Below, in pieces: positions 22,726-31,700 of a DNA stretch of 41,690 nt; position 1 is the stretch's first letter, and the number at the start of each line of letters is the position of its first letter. The stretch is from positions 1-41,690 of IMG/VR virus record IMGVR_UViG_3300002461_000119; one strand, given 5' to 3'. Source of the stretch: a virus. Both the position numbers and the translations under genes were made by a program. Under the pieces are notes generated by a model. The model saw only the letters and a program-made list of their open reading frames with translations, had not been told where the DNA came from and did no database searches.

Positions 22726-23912
22726 TGGCATGGATTGTAGACGTAACTACTGGCGCGACTATGGCTACAGAGTTTAACGCTCTACAGTCCGCCTTTACCA
22801 CTCTTGATGGAGACTTTGACACTTTCCTTGCAGGATTTAACGCTAGTGTTGATGCACGAATTGCTCTTGCTAATCTTGACAATCTTGTTGATGTTACGAT
22901 TACCGCTCCTGCAAATAATGATGTACTAACTTATGAAACATCGAGTGGTCTCTGGAAGAATAAGCCTGCTACAGGTGGAGGAGGTTCTCCCGGAGGATCA
23001 ACAGGTGAAATTCAATATAACAATGGTGGAGTTTTTGCCGGAGCAGCGGATGTAGAAATTGAAGGAGGACAACTTCGACTTCCGTCAATTGCTACACCAG
23101 CAACACCCGCAGCTGGAGGTATTAAACTTTTTACCAATGGTTATGGTAACAAGATTGAGCCCGCTTTTCTTGGACCTGATGCTCTAAAATATGGATTACA
23201 GGCTAAGTTAGGCCAAATTGCTCACTCTTGGTGGCAAGCAACAGGGAACAACGGTGCCGATAGCCAAAGTGGTATGGTTGCTGGTTCGACAGGTACATCA
23301 AGTTCTGTTTTATGGGCAGCTACTAACTTTCGCACACGGATGCAGTGGCGTGAGTGGCTTGTTACTGTTGCTGCAACAACAGCCGTTGCGGGTTGGAGAG
23401 GCGATGCTCTACGACACACTGTAGGTGGTGGTACGGGAACTGGTGGATTTGATTGTTGTCTTACTTGGTCGCCTGCAACTGGCGTTATTTCAACGCACCG
23501 TGGTTTTGCTGGGATGATGGCCAGCGTCAGTGCACCAACTGATGTAAACCCTTCCACCATCCTAAATATGGTAGGTATGGGTTACGATGCTGCTGATGCC
23601 AATATCCAGTTTATGCACAACGATGGGTCTGGTGCTGCAACGAAGATTGATCTTGGTGCTAGCTTTCCAAAACCGACTGCCGACCGCACGAAGGTTTATC
23701 GTATTTGTATGTATTCACCGCCCGGAACAACACAAGAGGTCAGCTATAAAATTGAAGACCTTGAAACGGGCGCAGTTGTAACTGGAGTAGTAAACACAAA
23801 TCTACCATCTACGACAACAGCAATCGGACCTTATGCTTATGTAAGTGTTGGAGGTATTTCGTCCGTAATTGGTCTTGGTGTTCGTCGGTGGGACATCTTC
23901 ACACGCTTCTAA
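22725..23912 (+). CDS. tail fibre protein 2
   Basis: 395 aa. Gly-rich N-terminal part. C-terminal domain (VGMGYDAADANIQFMHNDGSG...KIDLGASFP...SPPGTTQ...TNLPST) homologous to fibre 1. Confidence 0.65.
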   Translation: MAWIVDVTTGATMATEFNALQSAFTTLDGDFDTFLAGFNASVDARIALANLDNLVDVTITAPANNDVLTYETSSGLWKNKPATGGGGSPGGSTGEIQYNNGGVFAGAADVEIEGGQLRLPSIATPATPAAGGIKLFTNGYGNKIEPAFLGPDALKYGLQAKLGQIAHSWWQATGNNGADSQSGMVAGSTGTSSSVLWAATNFRTRMQWREWLVTVAATTAVAGWRGDALRHTVGGGTGTGGFDCCLTWSPATGVISTHRGFAGMMASVSAPTDVNPSTILNMVGMGYDAADANIQFMHNDGSGAATKIDLGASFPKPTADRTKVYRICMYSPPGTTQEVSYKIEDLETGAVVTGVVNTNLPSTTTAIGPYAYVSVGGISSVIGLGVRRWDIFTRF

Positions 23913-23926
23913 AGGATTAAACGAAC

Positions 23927-24178
23927 ATGCCTACAATGCACCTGAAATTCGGCGACCCTACAGTGAACCAAGAAACCGGAAAGCTTTGTATTGCTGCCAC
24001 ATTCTTTGTAACACAAACTCCTGTGCCTGCACAAGGCATTCAGATTGATTTTGAAGGTGATCCAACTCCTTCACAAATTATCAATGCTATACGTTCAAAA
24101 GCTTTGCAGGAGGCGAATTCTTACTTGACACAACAGATACCACAAGGGTCTGTTATCATGTATTGCCAACCACAGTAA
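23927..24178 (+). CDS. hypothetical protein (83 aa)
   Basis: ORF track. Follows the fibre gene, so possibly a fibre accessory protein. Confidence 0.5.
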   Translation: MPTMHLKFGDPTVNQETGKLCIAATFFVTQTPVPAQGIQIDFEGDPTPSQIINAIRSKALQEANSYLTQQIPQGSVIMYCQPQ

Positions 24179-24188
24179 AGGATTACCT

Positions 24189-24353
24189 ATGCTCTGGTTT
24201 AAAAAACTTTTAGGCATCGTTCCTCATAAGGAACAAGCATCAACCAAAGAAACGAAGGCAAAACTCGCAGCAATGTCTCCTGTAGAAAAATTGATCATGG
24301 AGCGGTCTGCTAGGAAAGACATCATTACATCCGATGTAACAGGTGATCCATGA
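24189..24353 (+). CDS. hypothetical small protein (54 aa)
   Basis: Below cutoff. Hand translation MLWFKKLLGIVPHKEQASTKETKAKLAAMSPVEKLIMERSARKDIITSDVTGDP. ATGA overlap with the next ORF. Confidence 0.4.
   Translation: MLWFKKLLGIVPHKEQASTKETKAKLAAMSPVEKLIMERSARKDIITSDVTGDP
24325..24339. repeat. P17 palindrome copy
   Basis: TTACATCCGATGTAA, perfect. C-terminus of small ORF 24189..24353, read ITSDVT. 10 nt before ATG 24350. Confidence 0.9.
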
Positions 24354-24655
24354 CACTTAAACCAGAGTTCACAATGCAAATCAACTTGGGTACGTTGGTG
24401 CCTATAGGTATTGCACTTGTTGGTCTTGCTAGTTGGACAGGTTCTCTTGGAAACCAAGTGGACAATCTTGAACAAGACGTAGAACAAGTTCAACAAACTG
24501 TTCAAGGTTATGATGCTCGTCTTCGTGCCATTGAGGCTGTTCAAAGCGGTGTCAATGTTCGACTAGATAATATAGGCAGCGCGATACAGGAATTGAAAGA
24601 AACAGCTAAAGACACAAACACAATCCTGAGAGAGTTATCAAGGAAAACACCATGA
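24350..24655 (+). CDS. membrane-anchored coiled-coil protein (possible holin or lysis regulator)
   Basis: 101 aa. Single N-terminal TM segment LGTLVPIGIALVGLASW followed by a coiled coil. 4-nt overlap with the endolysin gene. Confidence 0.4.
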   Translation: MTLKPEFTMQINLGTLVPIGIALVGLASWTGSLGNQVDNLEQDVEQVQQTVQGYDARLRAIEAVQSGVNVRLDNIGSAIQELKETAKDTNTILRELSRKTP

Positions 24656-25128
24656 ACAATTGGCCGAGACAAAACACAGCTGATTTAACTCGTTTCTATG
24701 GGACACCCGGAGCACCAAAACTTGCACGTGTTGATGTGCCATGGACTTTGCGATTAGCGTGGGACACTTCACAGAAGATGAACCATATTAGTTGTAATAT
24801 AAAGGTTGCTGAAAGCTTAAGCCGTGTTCTACATACCGTACACGATCATTACGGTACGAAAGAATTGACCAAACTTCGTCTTGACTTATTCGGTGGTTGC
24901 TTCGCGCCTCGTAAAAAACGTGGAGGCACATCTTGGTCAACTCATGCTTGGGCAGTAGCGCTTGATTGGGACCCAGAAAGGAACCAATTGAAATGGGGCC
25001 GTGACCGTGCTTCGTTAGCATCTGTTGCTTATGACTTTTGGTGGAATGCGTGGGAGGAAGAAGGATGGGTTAGTCTGGGCCGTGCACGTAATTTCGATTG
25101 GATGCATGTTCAAGCAGCGAGGTTGTGA
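24652..25128 (+). CDS. endolysin, peptidase M15 (LAS-type zinc peptidase) family
   Basis: 158 aa. STHAWAVALD (SxHxxxAxD) and FDWMHVQ (DxxH) zinc-ligand motifs. Followed by an intrinsic terminator. Confidence 0.7.
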   Translation: MNNWPRQNTADLTRFYGTPGAPKLARVDVPWTLRLAWDTSQKMNHISCNIKVAESLSRVLHTVHDHYGTKELTKLRLDLFGGCFAPRKKRGGTSWSTHAWAVALDWDPERNQLKWGRDRASLASVAYDFWWNAWEEEGWVSLGRARNFDWMHVQAARL

Positions 25129-25164
25129 TGAAGAACAAGCATAAGAAAAACCAATCTTCGAGTG

Positions 25165-25196
25165 GGTATCCTGCCTTCTGGCCGGAATACCTTTTT
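25165..25196 (+). terminator. Rho-independent terminator after the endolysin gene
   Basis: Imperfect stem GGTATCCTGCC/GGCCGGAATACC (one bulge, one mismatch), TTCT loop, then TTTTT. Confidence 0.5.
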
Positions 25197-25204
25197 CTGT
25201 AACA

Positions 25205-25219
25205 TTACATTCGATGTAA
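25205..25219. repeat. P17 palindrome copy
   Basis: TTACATTCGATGTAA, perfect. Intergenic, just after terminator 25165..25196. 21 nt before start 25241. Confidence 0.9.
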
Positions 25220-25240
25220 CACAACTGAAAGGACTGAAAA

Positions 25241-25477
25241 GTGGGAAAATCCCAAGCTACTCAAAATGAAGAAGCTGATAAGCAACAGAACCAAGAGACG
25301 CAAGAAGTTGCTTCGACGGAAGAAGAGGAAGCTTCTGTTGGCGATCCTGCTCCAGCAGTTGTTGACCCTTTTCTCGATAGAAAAGCGCAACGACTAGCCG
25401 CTGTTCAACTTCAAGTAGACGGCCCTAAACGTGAACCCGTTACATCGGATGTAACCGAAGAAGAGAAGGAAGAATAA
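25241..25477 (+). CDS. hypothetical highly acidic protein (78 aa)
   Basis: ORF track (GTG start, AAAGGA 7 nt upstream). E/D/Q-rich. C-terminal VTSDVTEEEKEE contains a P17 copy. Confidence 0.5.
   Translation: MGKSQATQNEEADKQQNQETQEVASTEEEEASVGDPAPAVVDPFLDRKAQRLAAVQLQVDGPKREPVTSDVTEEEKEE
25440..25454. repeat. P17 palindrome copy
   Basis: TTACATCGGATGTAA; the 17-mer 25439..25455 is perfect. C-terminus of the acidic protein, read VTSDVT. 24 nt before ATG 25479. Confidence 0.9.
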
Positions 25478-25478
25478 C

Positions 25479-25721
25479 ATGCTTACTGGTTGGGCAAAAG
25501 CTCGTCAATCTTTCTATATCATTCTATTTGTTTCAGCGCTTGTCGGGTTGTTGCAGTTGTTTGGTGTAGCAACCGTCGAAGGTAATGTTCTGGTTCTTCG
25601 TATCAATATCGAAAACTGGTTCAACCCTGCATATCTTGCTACAATTTCAGCTGTTCTCGGTCCGCTGGTTCCTGCTCTTTCCAATGCACTTGGATGGAAA
25701 GTACGACAAACCGATGGTTGA
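25479..25721 (+). CDS. putative holin (two TM segments)
   Basis: 80 aa. TM1 FYIILFVSALVGLLQLFGVATV, TM2 AYLATISAVLGPLVPALSNAL. Immediately upstream of the spanin pair. Confidence 0.5.
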   Translation: MLTGWAKARQSFYIILFVSALVGLLQLFGVATVEGNVLVLRINIENWFNPAYLATISAVLGPLVPALSNALGWKVRQTDG

Positions 25722-25911
25722 AATCGTGGTGGGTATTCTTGGTATCCTTGTTGCTTTAGCAATAGCAGTGGTAAGGATACGTAGCAAGAAGCAAACAAAT
25801 ATTGAACAGGAACTTCGTGATGCTGAAAACGCGAATGATATTCTTACTAAGTCTATCACTCGCAAGCCTGAGCGGGTGCAGCGACTTGACAAAGCAGGAT
25901 ACAGAGACTAA
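25714..25911 (+). CDS. putative i-spanin
   Basis: ORF track 25585..25911. ATG 25714 preferred (8-nt overlap with the holin end). N-terminal TM MVEIVVGILGILVALAIAVV, then a charged helical tail. Short for an i-spanin. Confidence 0.45.
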   Translation: MVEIVVGILGILVALAIAVVRIRSKKQTNIEQELRDAENANDILTKSITRKPERVQRLDKAGYRD

Positions 25912-26077
25912 AAAGGCTTTCTGTATTGTCTTTGGCGACAAGCTTCCAACTCGAAGTAGCAAAGACACTGAAATCACTCGGTATGAGATACAACAACTCT
26001 ATGCCGAGTATATTGATCAATGTCCTGAACAAGCGGCTGAAATTCCATGGCTGTCACAATTCGTCGATACGAAGTAA
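25820..26077 (+). CDS. putative o-spanin lipoprotein
   Basis: ORF track 25802..26077 (TTG). ATG 25820 has AGGAA 7 nt upstream. MLKTRMIFLLSLSLASLSGC with lipobox LSGC. Starts inside the i-spanin gene in another frame (Rz/Rz1-like overlap). Confidence 0.6.
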   Translation: MLKTRMIFLLSLSLASLSGCSDLTKQDTETKKAFCIVFGDKLPTRSSKDTEITRYEIQQLYAEYIDQCPEQAAEIPWLSQFVDTK

Positions 26078-26520
26078 AAGACATTGACGCAATACTTGAC
26101 TTGGTGGAGAGTTTTCTCCACCAAGATCGAGCAGGCGTCGTTAATCACTTTAACTACCTTGACTTTGATCGTACAAAAGTGTACGATATTCTAAATCGCA
26201 GAGTTAGTGACAAAGACTTCTTCTGTTCTGTCGTCGTAGAAGACGGTGCAATAGTTGGCGGTCTGGCTGGCTCTGTAGACGAGTTGATCTTCTCAAGACA
26301 ACTCTTTGCCGTAGAATGGCTCCTCTACTTCACACCGTCATTTTCGAGTGTAAGGGTCGTGCTACGGCTCATTATATCCTTTGTAACGTGGGCAAAATCT
26401 CGAAATGCTGTAGAAGTTCAGATAGCGAACTCTTCTGGTTTCAAACAGGAAAAGTTTGCTTCGTTAATGAAACTTGCTGGCTTTGAGCAGACAACAGTCG
26501 GCTTTTCTAGGAGAACCTAA
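26047..26520 (+). CDS. GNAT-like acetyltransferase fold protein (weak)
   Basis: 157 aa. N-terminal IRRYEVKDIDAILDL and overall length and pattern resemble GNAT. The canonical R/Q-x-x-G-x-G/A CoA loop is not evident. Confidence 0.4.
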   Translation: MAVTIRRYEVKDIDAILDLVESFLHQDRAGVVNHFNYLDFDRTKVYDILNRRVSDKDFFCSVVVEDGAIVGGLAGSVDELIFSRQLFAVEWLLYFTPSFSSVRVVLRLIISFVTWAKSRNAVEVQIANSSGFKQEKFASLMKLAGFEQTTVGFSRRT

Positions 26521-26523
26521 AGG

Positions 26524-27432
26524 ATGTGTGGTCCTAAAATCCAAGACAATAGTGACAGAGTTGCTTCAATTGAAGCACAACGTGCTAGAGAAGAACGTGA
26601 GGCTGCTGAGAGAGAACGCTTGCGCAGAGAGCAAGAGTTTAGCTCTAGTCTAGACAGTAGCTATCGTAGTGCTATCGAAGAAGCGAGACGGTACTTCTCT
26701 GATCATGGTCTTGATCCTGAACAGTATGCTTCTGCTATTGAGAGTGCTGCACAAGCTAAGCGTGGTGCTGTTCCTAAGCTTGATGCTAATCCGGGAGCGT
26801 ATTTCTCTGGACTTGGCGGCTCTGTCAAAGATCAGCTAACAGAAGCACGTCGTAGTAAAGCGATGCGCGACCTTAACAGTTTTGCTCGTGATGGCTTCAC
26901 TCGTGATAGGATTGCTGATACTGCGGATGATAGCTTTGTCAATTCGACAGTAGAGGAACAATTCCTTGAAGCATTGACACGTCTTGAAGGACAAAAAGCT
27001 CGTGGCAGTTTAAATGACTATGGTTTTAGTAAAGCCATGGACGCTTTGACACGTCAGAAAACTCGTGCAAGTGATGAGCTTCAAGGCGTTGGTCAAGCTA
27101 TCCTTGAAAAAGGTAGGACTAATCTTAGCAACATCGCTAACACCGGCAAGAGTGCAATCAGCAGCCTTGACCTTGGTGATGTGTTTGATCCGTTCAAGTA
27201 TAGCACTGACATTGATAACGAGACAAGCAACTTCTTCTCTTCTCTTGGTGATCGTATCAAAAGCTCTGCTCCTTCTGACTTGTTCGACGTTGGTGCTGCT
27301 TATCAACGTGGCGGACAATCTCAAGGTGTTCGGAATAGTCCATACGATCGCGAAGCAAGCACAGGTTTCTTTAGCTTCCTCGACCAAGAAGAAGAAGATA
27401 AGAAGAAAAAGCAACCACAATCAGCGTTCTAA
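26524..27432 (+). CDS. putative internal virion protein (302 aa)
   Basis: ORF track. Charged, low-complexity sequence with a basic/acidic C-terminal tail. Position upstream of the giant ejection protein. Confidence 0.45.
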   Translation: MCGPKIQDNSDRVASIEAQRAREEREAAERERLRREQEFSSSLDSSYRSAIEEARRYFSDHGLDPEQYASAIESAAQAKRGAVPKLDANPGAYFSGLGGSVKDQLTEARRSKAMRDLNSFARDGFTRDRIADTADDSFVNSTVEEQFLEALTRLEGQKARGSLNDYGFSKAMDALTRQKTRASDELQGVGQAILEKGRTNLSNIANTGKSAISSLDLGDVFDPFKYSTDIDNETSNFFSSLGDRIKSSAPSDLFDVGAAYQRGGQSQGVRNSPYDREASTGFFSFLDQEEEDKKKKQPQSAF

Positions 27433-27438
27433 TCGCCA

Positions 27439-27453
27439 TTACATAGGATGTAA
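27439..27453. repeat. P17 palindrome copy
   Basis: TTACATAGGATGTAA, perfect. Intergenic, ends 3 nt before ATG 27457. Confidence 0.9.
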
Positions 27454-27456
27454 CAC

Positions 27457-28416
27457 ATGGCTTTTCCATTCGCAGCTATGGCTGGCCTTGTTAATGGCAT
27501 CATGGGCATTGGTCAGACAGGTGCTAACAATCAACTACTTGGGATGCAAATCTCCGAAGCTAAGGATGGTCGCCGTAAATCTGAGCGTCTTGCTCGTGCA
27601 AGTACGACAGATGCTAACGGTAACACTATCCGTTACAACGAAGGCATGAATGCGTGGGAGACAGAAGTTGCACCACTCATCAAAGCAATTCTTGATGCAC
27701 AAAACCAAGAACAATACAAGTCTCTTACCGAAGACGCACCTAAGCAACGAGAAGCACGCAATCGCAAAGACGCTCGCAGCCGTAGTGCAGGAGTAGAATA
27801 CGATGAACAATTCACTAAGCGGACCAATCGGAATGATCGCAGCGAAGGCGATTTTCAAGCTGATGCTGTTCTGTCTGCTGCTCGGAAGCGGTCTAGCATT
27901 CCTCCTTCTCTATATACTGCTGCTGTCAGAACCGGGAACCCAAAAGCACTCGAACAGCTTGTTGCAGCATCTAGAAACCAAGAAACTAGTCTGTCAGATG
28001 ATCTTGTCGCCGCAAGAGAAGCTGGCACCGGAAGCTACCTTAAAGATCGAGCAATGCGCGATCAGGTTGATTTTAGCGAATTGGGGCAGCTTAGAGCAAT
28101 AGCGGACGACACTGACAGTCCCGGGATTGCTCAGAACAATTCTGCTGAAATGTTGGCAGGTCGTCAACAAAACGCTATGGCTCAATTGATCCAAGCAATT
28201 CAACAAGGTAGTGGTAGTGTTTCAAATGCTCTCGGTAATGCTGCTGGAAAAGTTCAGGCTCCTAACTTTGGTGCGCTGATCGAAAGTATTGGAGGATTTT
28301 TCCCTGAAAAAGAAGACCCGAATGCTGTTGCTCTGGCGAAGGCTATTCAAGAAAGCCAGTTGGCAGAAGCACAGTACAAAACGAAAGATTATCGGACGCG
28401 TATGAGCCAGTTTTAG
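27457..28416 (+). CDS. putative internal virion protein (319 aa)
   Basis: ORF track. Hydrophobic N-terminus MAFPFAAMAGLVNGIMGIG. The P17 copy ends 3 nt before the ATG and supplies the only SD-like AGGA. Confidence 0.45.
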   Translation: MAFPFAAMAGLVNGIMGIGQTGANNQLLGMQISEAKDGRRKSERLARASTTDANGNTIRYNEGMNAWETEVAPLIKAILDAQNQEQYKSLTEDAPKQREARNRKDARSRSAGVEYDEQFTKRTNRNDRSEGDFQADAVLSAARKRSSIPPSLYTAAVRTGNPKALEQLVAASRNQETSLSDDLVAAREAGTGSYLKDRAMRDQVDFSELGQLRAIADDTDSPGIAQNNSAEMLAGRQQNAMAQLIQAIQQGSGSVSNALGNAAGKVQAPNFGALIESIGGFFPEKEDPNAVALAKAIQESQLAEAQYKTKDYRTRMSQF

Positions 28417-28427
28417 GAGAAACTGAA

Positions 28428-28766
28428 ATGAACGATATGGCAAAGAGCTACTATGAAATTGCTAGTGAAGAGTTTAACAAAAGTAAAGGTGCAGCTGATG
28501 CTGCTCGTGGTACGAAGGAACGTCCACAAGACAAAGCAGATGCTGTTCCTGATAAACAAGGCACAGCTGATCCTACTAAAGAAATTGTTGCACAACTAAC
28601 TGCCATTCTTGCTGAGCAAGGTATCCAGCCCGGAACACCTGAATTTGATAAATGGTTGATGGATGCTATGGGTCAAGGTGATGATCCTGAGGATGTAGCC
28701 TCCGAAGAAGAAGAAATGATGGATGCTGAACAAGCTATCCAATCAAAGATGATGAAAGAGAAATAA
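28428..28766 (+). CDS. hypothetical acidic protein (112 aa)
   Basis: ORF track. GGAGAAA upstream. D/E-rich. Confidence 0.55.
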   Translation: MNDMAKSYYEIASEEFNKSKGAADAARGTKERPQDKADAVPDKQGTADPTKEIVAQLTAILAEQGIQPGTPEFDKWLMDAMGQGDDPEDVASEEEEMMDAEQAIQSKMMKEK

Positions 28767-28770
28767 ACTC

Positions 28771-28785
28771 TTACATCCGATGTAA
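28771..28785. repeat. P17 palindrome copy
   Basis: TTACATCCGATGTAA, perfect. Intergenic, 12 nt before ATG 28798. Confidence 0.9.
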
Positions 28786-28797
28786 CAGGAGACGCAA

Positions 28798-31700
28798 ATG
28801 ACGCCACAAGAAGCGCGGGCAGAAGTCGATCGACTGCTCAAGGCTGGAGAAATCGACCAAGAAGTCGCACAAACAATGCTTGCCCGTTACGCTGTGACGG
28901 GCAGTATTTATATGCAAGAACCTGAACAAGAAATCATGCCTGAGATTGCTGCTGCTAGTGAAGCGGCGGCTGAGGCGATCGACAGTAAAAAAGAGCGTAA
29001 GGCAGCTCTTCAAGACGTTACATCTAATGTAACCTCAAAGAGTGAACGTGATCTTAGCCATATTGCAAATTATCCAGATCAGTATAATCCTGCTATTGTA
29101 GAAGCTGCTCAAGCGGAAATCGAAGAACGTGCCCGTATCCGTGGACAATCTTTCTTTGAAGCATTGACTGATCCCGCAGCACTTTCTCGTATGGGTAAAG
29201 CTGCACTTAAAGGTCCTGCACAAACAGCTAATGCTATTCAATCCGCTCTTCCTGGACTTGTTCTTGGAGGAGTTGGTGCTGTTACTGGTAGCGAAACTGC
29301 CGAAGACGCAGCACTAAACCTTTTTGAGCAGAATATGGAAACTAACCAAGGGATCAACGAACTTTTTGGCACTAGTGATGCTCTTACTCCAATGGAAAGT
29401 ATTATGGAGACTGTGTCTTCTGCTGCTGTTCCCGGCGGTTCATTGGTCAGAGCAGCAACAGTTGCTACTGATTTCTCGGTAGATCAAACTATTCGAGAAT
29501 TGACCGACAACCCAGATGATCCTTACAACACAATCTTTGATCGTAGTGGTGTACTTTCTCCTGAAATGGAAGCAATTACTATCTCTCCTTATATCGCTGC
29601 ACCAATAGCGATTGTTGCGACCGGTATGATTGCTCCTAAAATGGTTAGTGTGCTTAAAGGTTCAGCAGCTGTTCCTACTCCGAAGTTGAGTGATGTAAAC
29701 GACTTCGACAAGTTTGCACCGACTGATCTACAAACCCTTGAAACGAGCGGTGATGCTCTTAAAGCGTATGTTGTTAGTGAAACCACAGCGCTTAAAGATA
29801 TTGTCGAACGTGCTGGCGTAGGTAACATAGACGAAATTGAGAAAACGCTCACTCTTAACAGTCACGCAAGTGGCGCTGTTCGTGCAAGAGAAGCGATGAA
29901 CTCTGGTATTGCTGAGATTAATGGCAAAACTTATAAAGTACCTGTACCTGTTAGGACCATCTACGAAGCTGCACAGAGATTACCTTTTGAGGTTCGTAAG
30001 AAACTTGAAAAATATCTCAACGCAAAAGACTTGCTTGACGATGTTCGCATTGCCAAGGCTAAAGGCTTGCCCGGTAATCATATTGCTACTGAGGCAAGGC
30101 TGCTGAGAGATATTGCTATCAACGCTCAAGGTATTCCGGGACTGAAACAATTCGAAACAGCCTTCCAAGCAGCCACAGAAGCTACTCGGAAGCTGCTTGG
30201 TCATGACTTTTTGGAACCTGCACAGTTGAATTACCTCAACGCTAATAGAGTTCACTATGTTCCGCGTAACCTTAGCACTGTTGATCCCGAAGCACCGTTT
30301 ATGTCGCGGATGATCCAGACACAGAAAGAAGGTATGCCGGAAATTGATGATTGGTTCTTGATGGATCGAGGCGGTGCTGGTGGCCTTGACCTCGAAGCGA
30401 TGGGCAATCCATTTGAACAACTCGCTGCGTATACAGAAGCGGCTCTAACAACTGTGATGAAGAATGACGCTCGTAAAGCTGTCGTTGACGCTGTAATGAA
30501 TAGCTCTTTCGGTAAGACAACGATGAGACTTCTCGATCCTGATAAGGATGTTGTAGAAGGCAATGTTGATCGTCTTGTCAGCGTGTATCGTAATGGAAAG
30601 AAAGAGACTTATATTACTAGTGCTCTACAAGCACAGTTGTTGAAGTTTGATCCGTATGTAGCGAAGCATCCAACGTTGTTCGCGATTAAACGTATCCAAG
30701 AATGGAACATGGCAGGGCTTGGCAGTGTTGTCTTTGCTCCTGTGACCGCTATTCGTGATACGATTGGTGGACTTGTTCTTCGTCAAGATGGTATCACAGC
30801 TGGTAATCCGTTGCAAGTTGCTGCTGCGGTTCCGAAACAACTTTGGGCAAGAGCACAACAAGGGATTGCTACGAATATCTACGCAGGTCTTGCAAGTGGA
30901 AAGACTTTAATTCCTGAAAGCGTTGTACCTCGTGCAGCACAAAAGGCATATGCAGATAAGATCAGTAATCAATATTTGAACAGTCTGTATCATCTAGCCA
31001 ACCAAAGTGGAGGCTTTGATGGTAGCATCATGCGCAGTAACGTTGAGTTTGCTAAGAATGCAATAGGAGAGATTAAGCGCACTTTGAATGAGAGCGCTGC
31101 TCTACATCATCCAGCACTTGATAACATGGTGACCAGATTTGGTTATCGTGGCGCTTCTGCTATTTTTGATGGTTTCGCTGCTTTGTTCGATGCTGTCCAG
31201 AATGCTCCTCGCTATGCGGCTCTTGAACAAACTGTCAAAAGTGGTAAAAAAGTTCAAGATGCTGTCATGGGTGCAAGAGGCATCACTGGTGACGTGGCTC
31301 AAAGTGGTCGAGTGTTTCGTCCTGATGGACGTGTTATGCGTGGTGATTACGCTGATCAAGGCGTTACATCCTATGTAACACCGATGGCCGGTAAAGTTGT
31401 CGATTTTGCAAGGGAGACTGTGCCTTTTGTCAACCCAATGATCCAAGGTACGAGGAACCTAATTCGCAGCTTTAGAGAAGACCCTGCTGGCACAATGGGA
31501 CGTGCTTGGCTTTATGTCGGTCTTCCGTCTATCGCCGCATATTCTTGGAACGAAATGCTTGGTGAAGAATACAACGATTATTCAATGTCTCGCCGTAGTT
31601 CTACGGATGTTGCAATGAATATGTACATCGGTATTCCTGGTAGACCACCAGAAGAAGGTGTAGAAATACCTCAAATCCACGAACTGTTGTTGTTTAGTAG

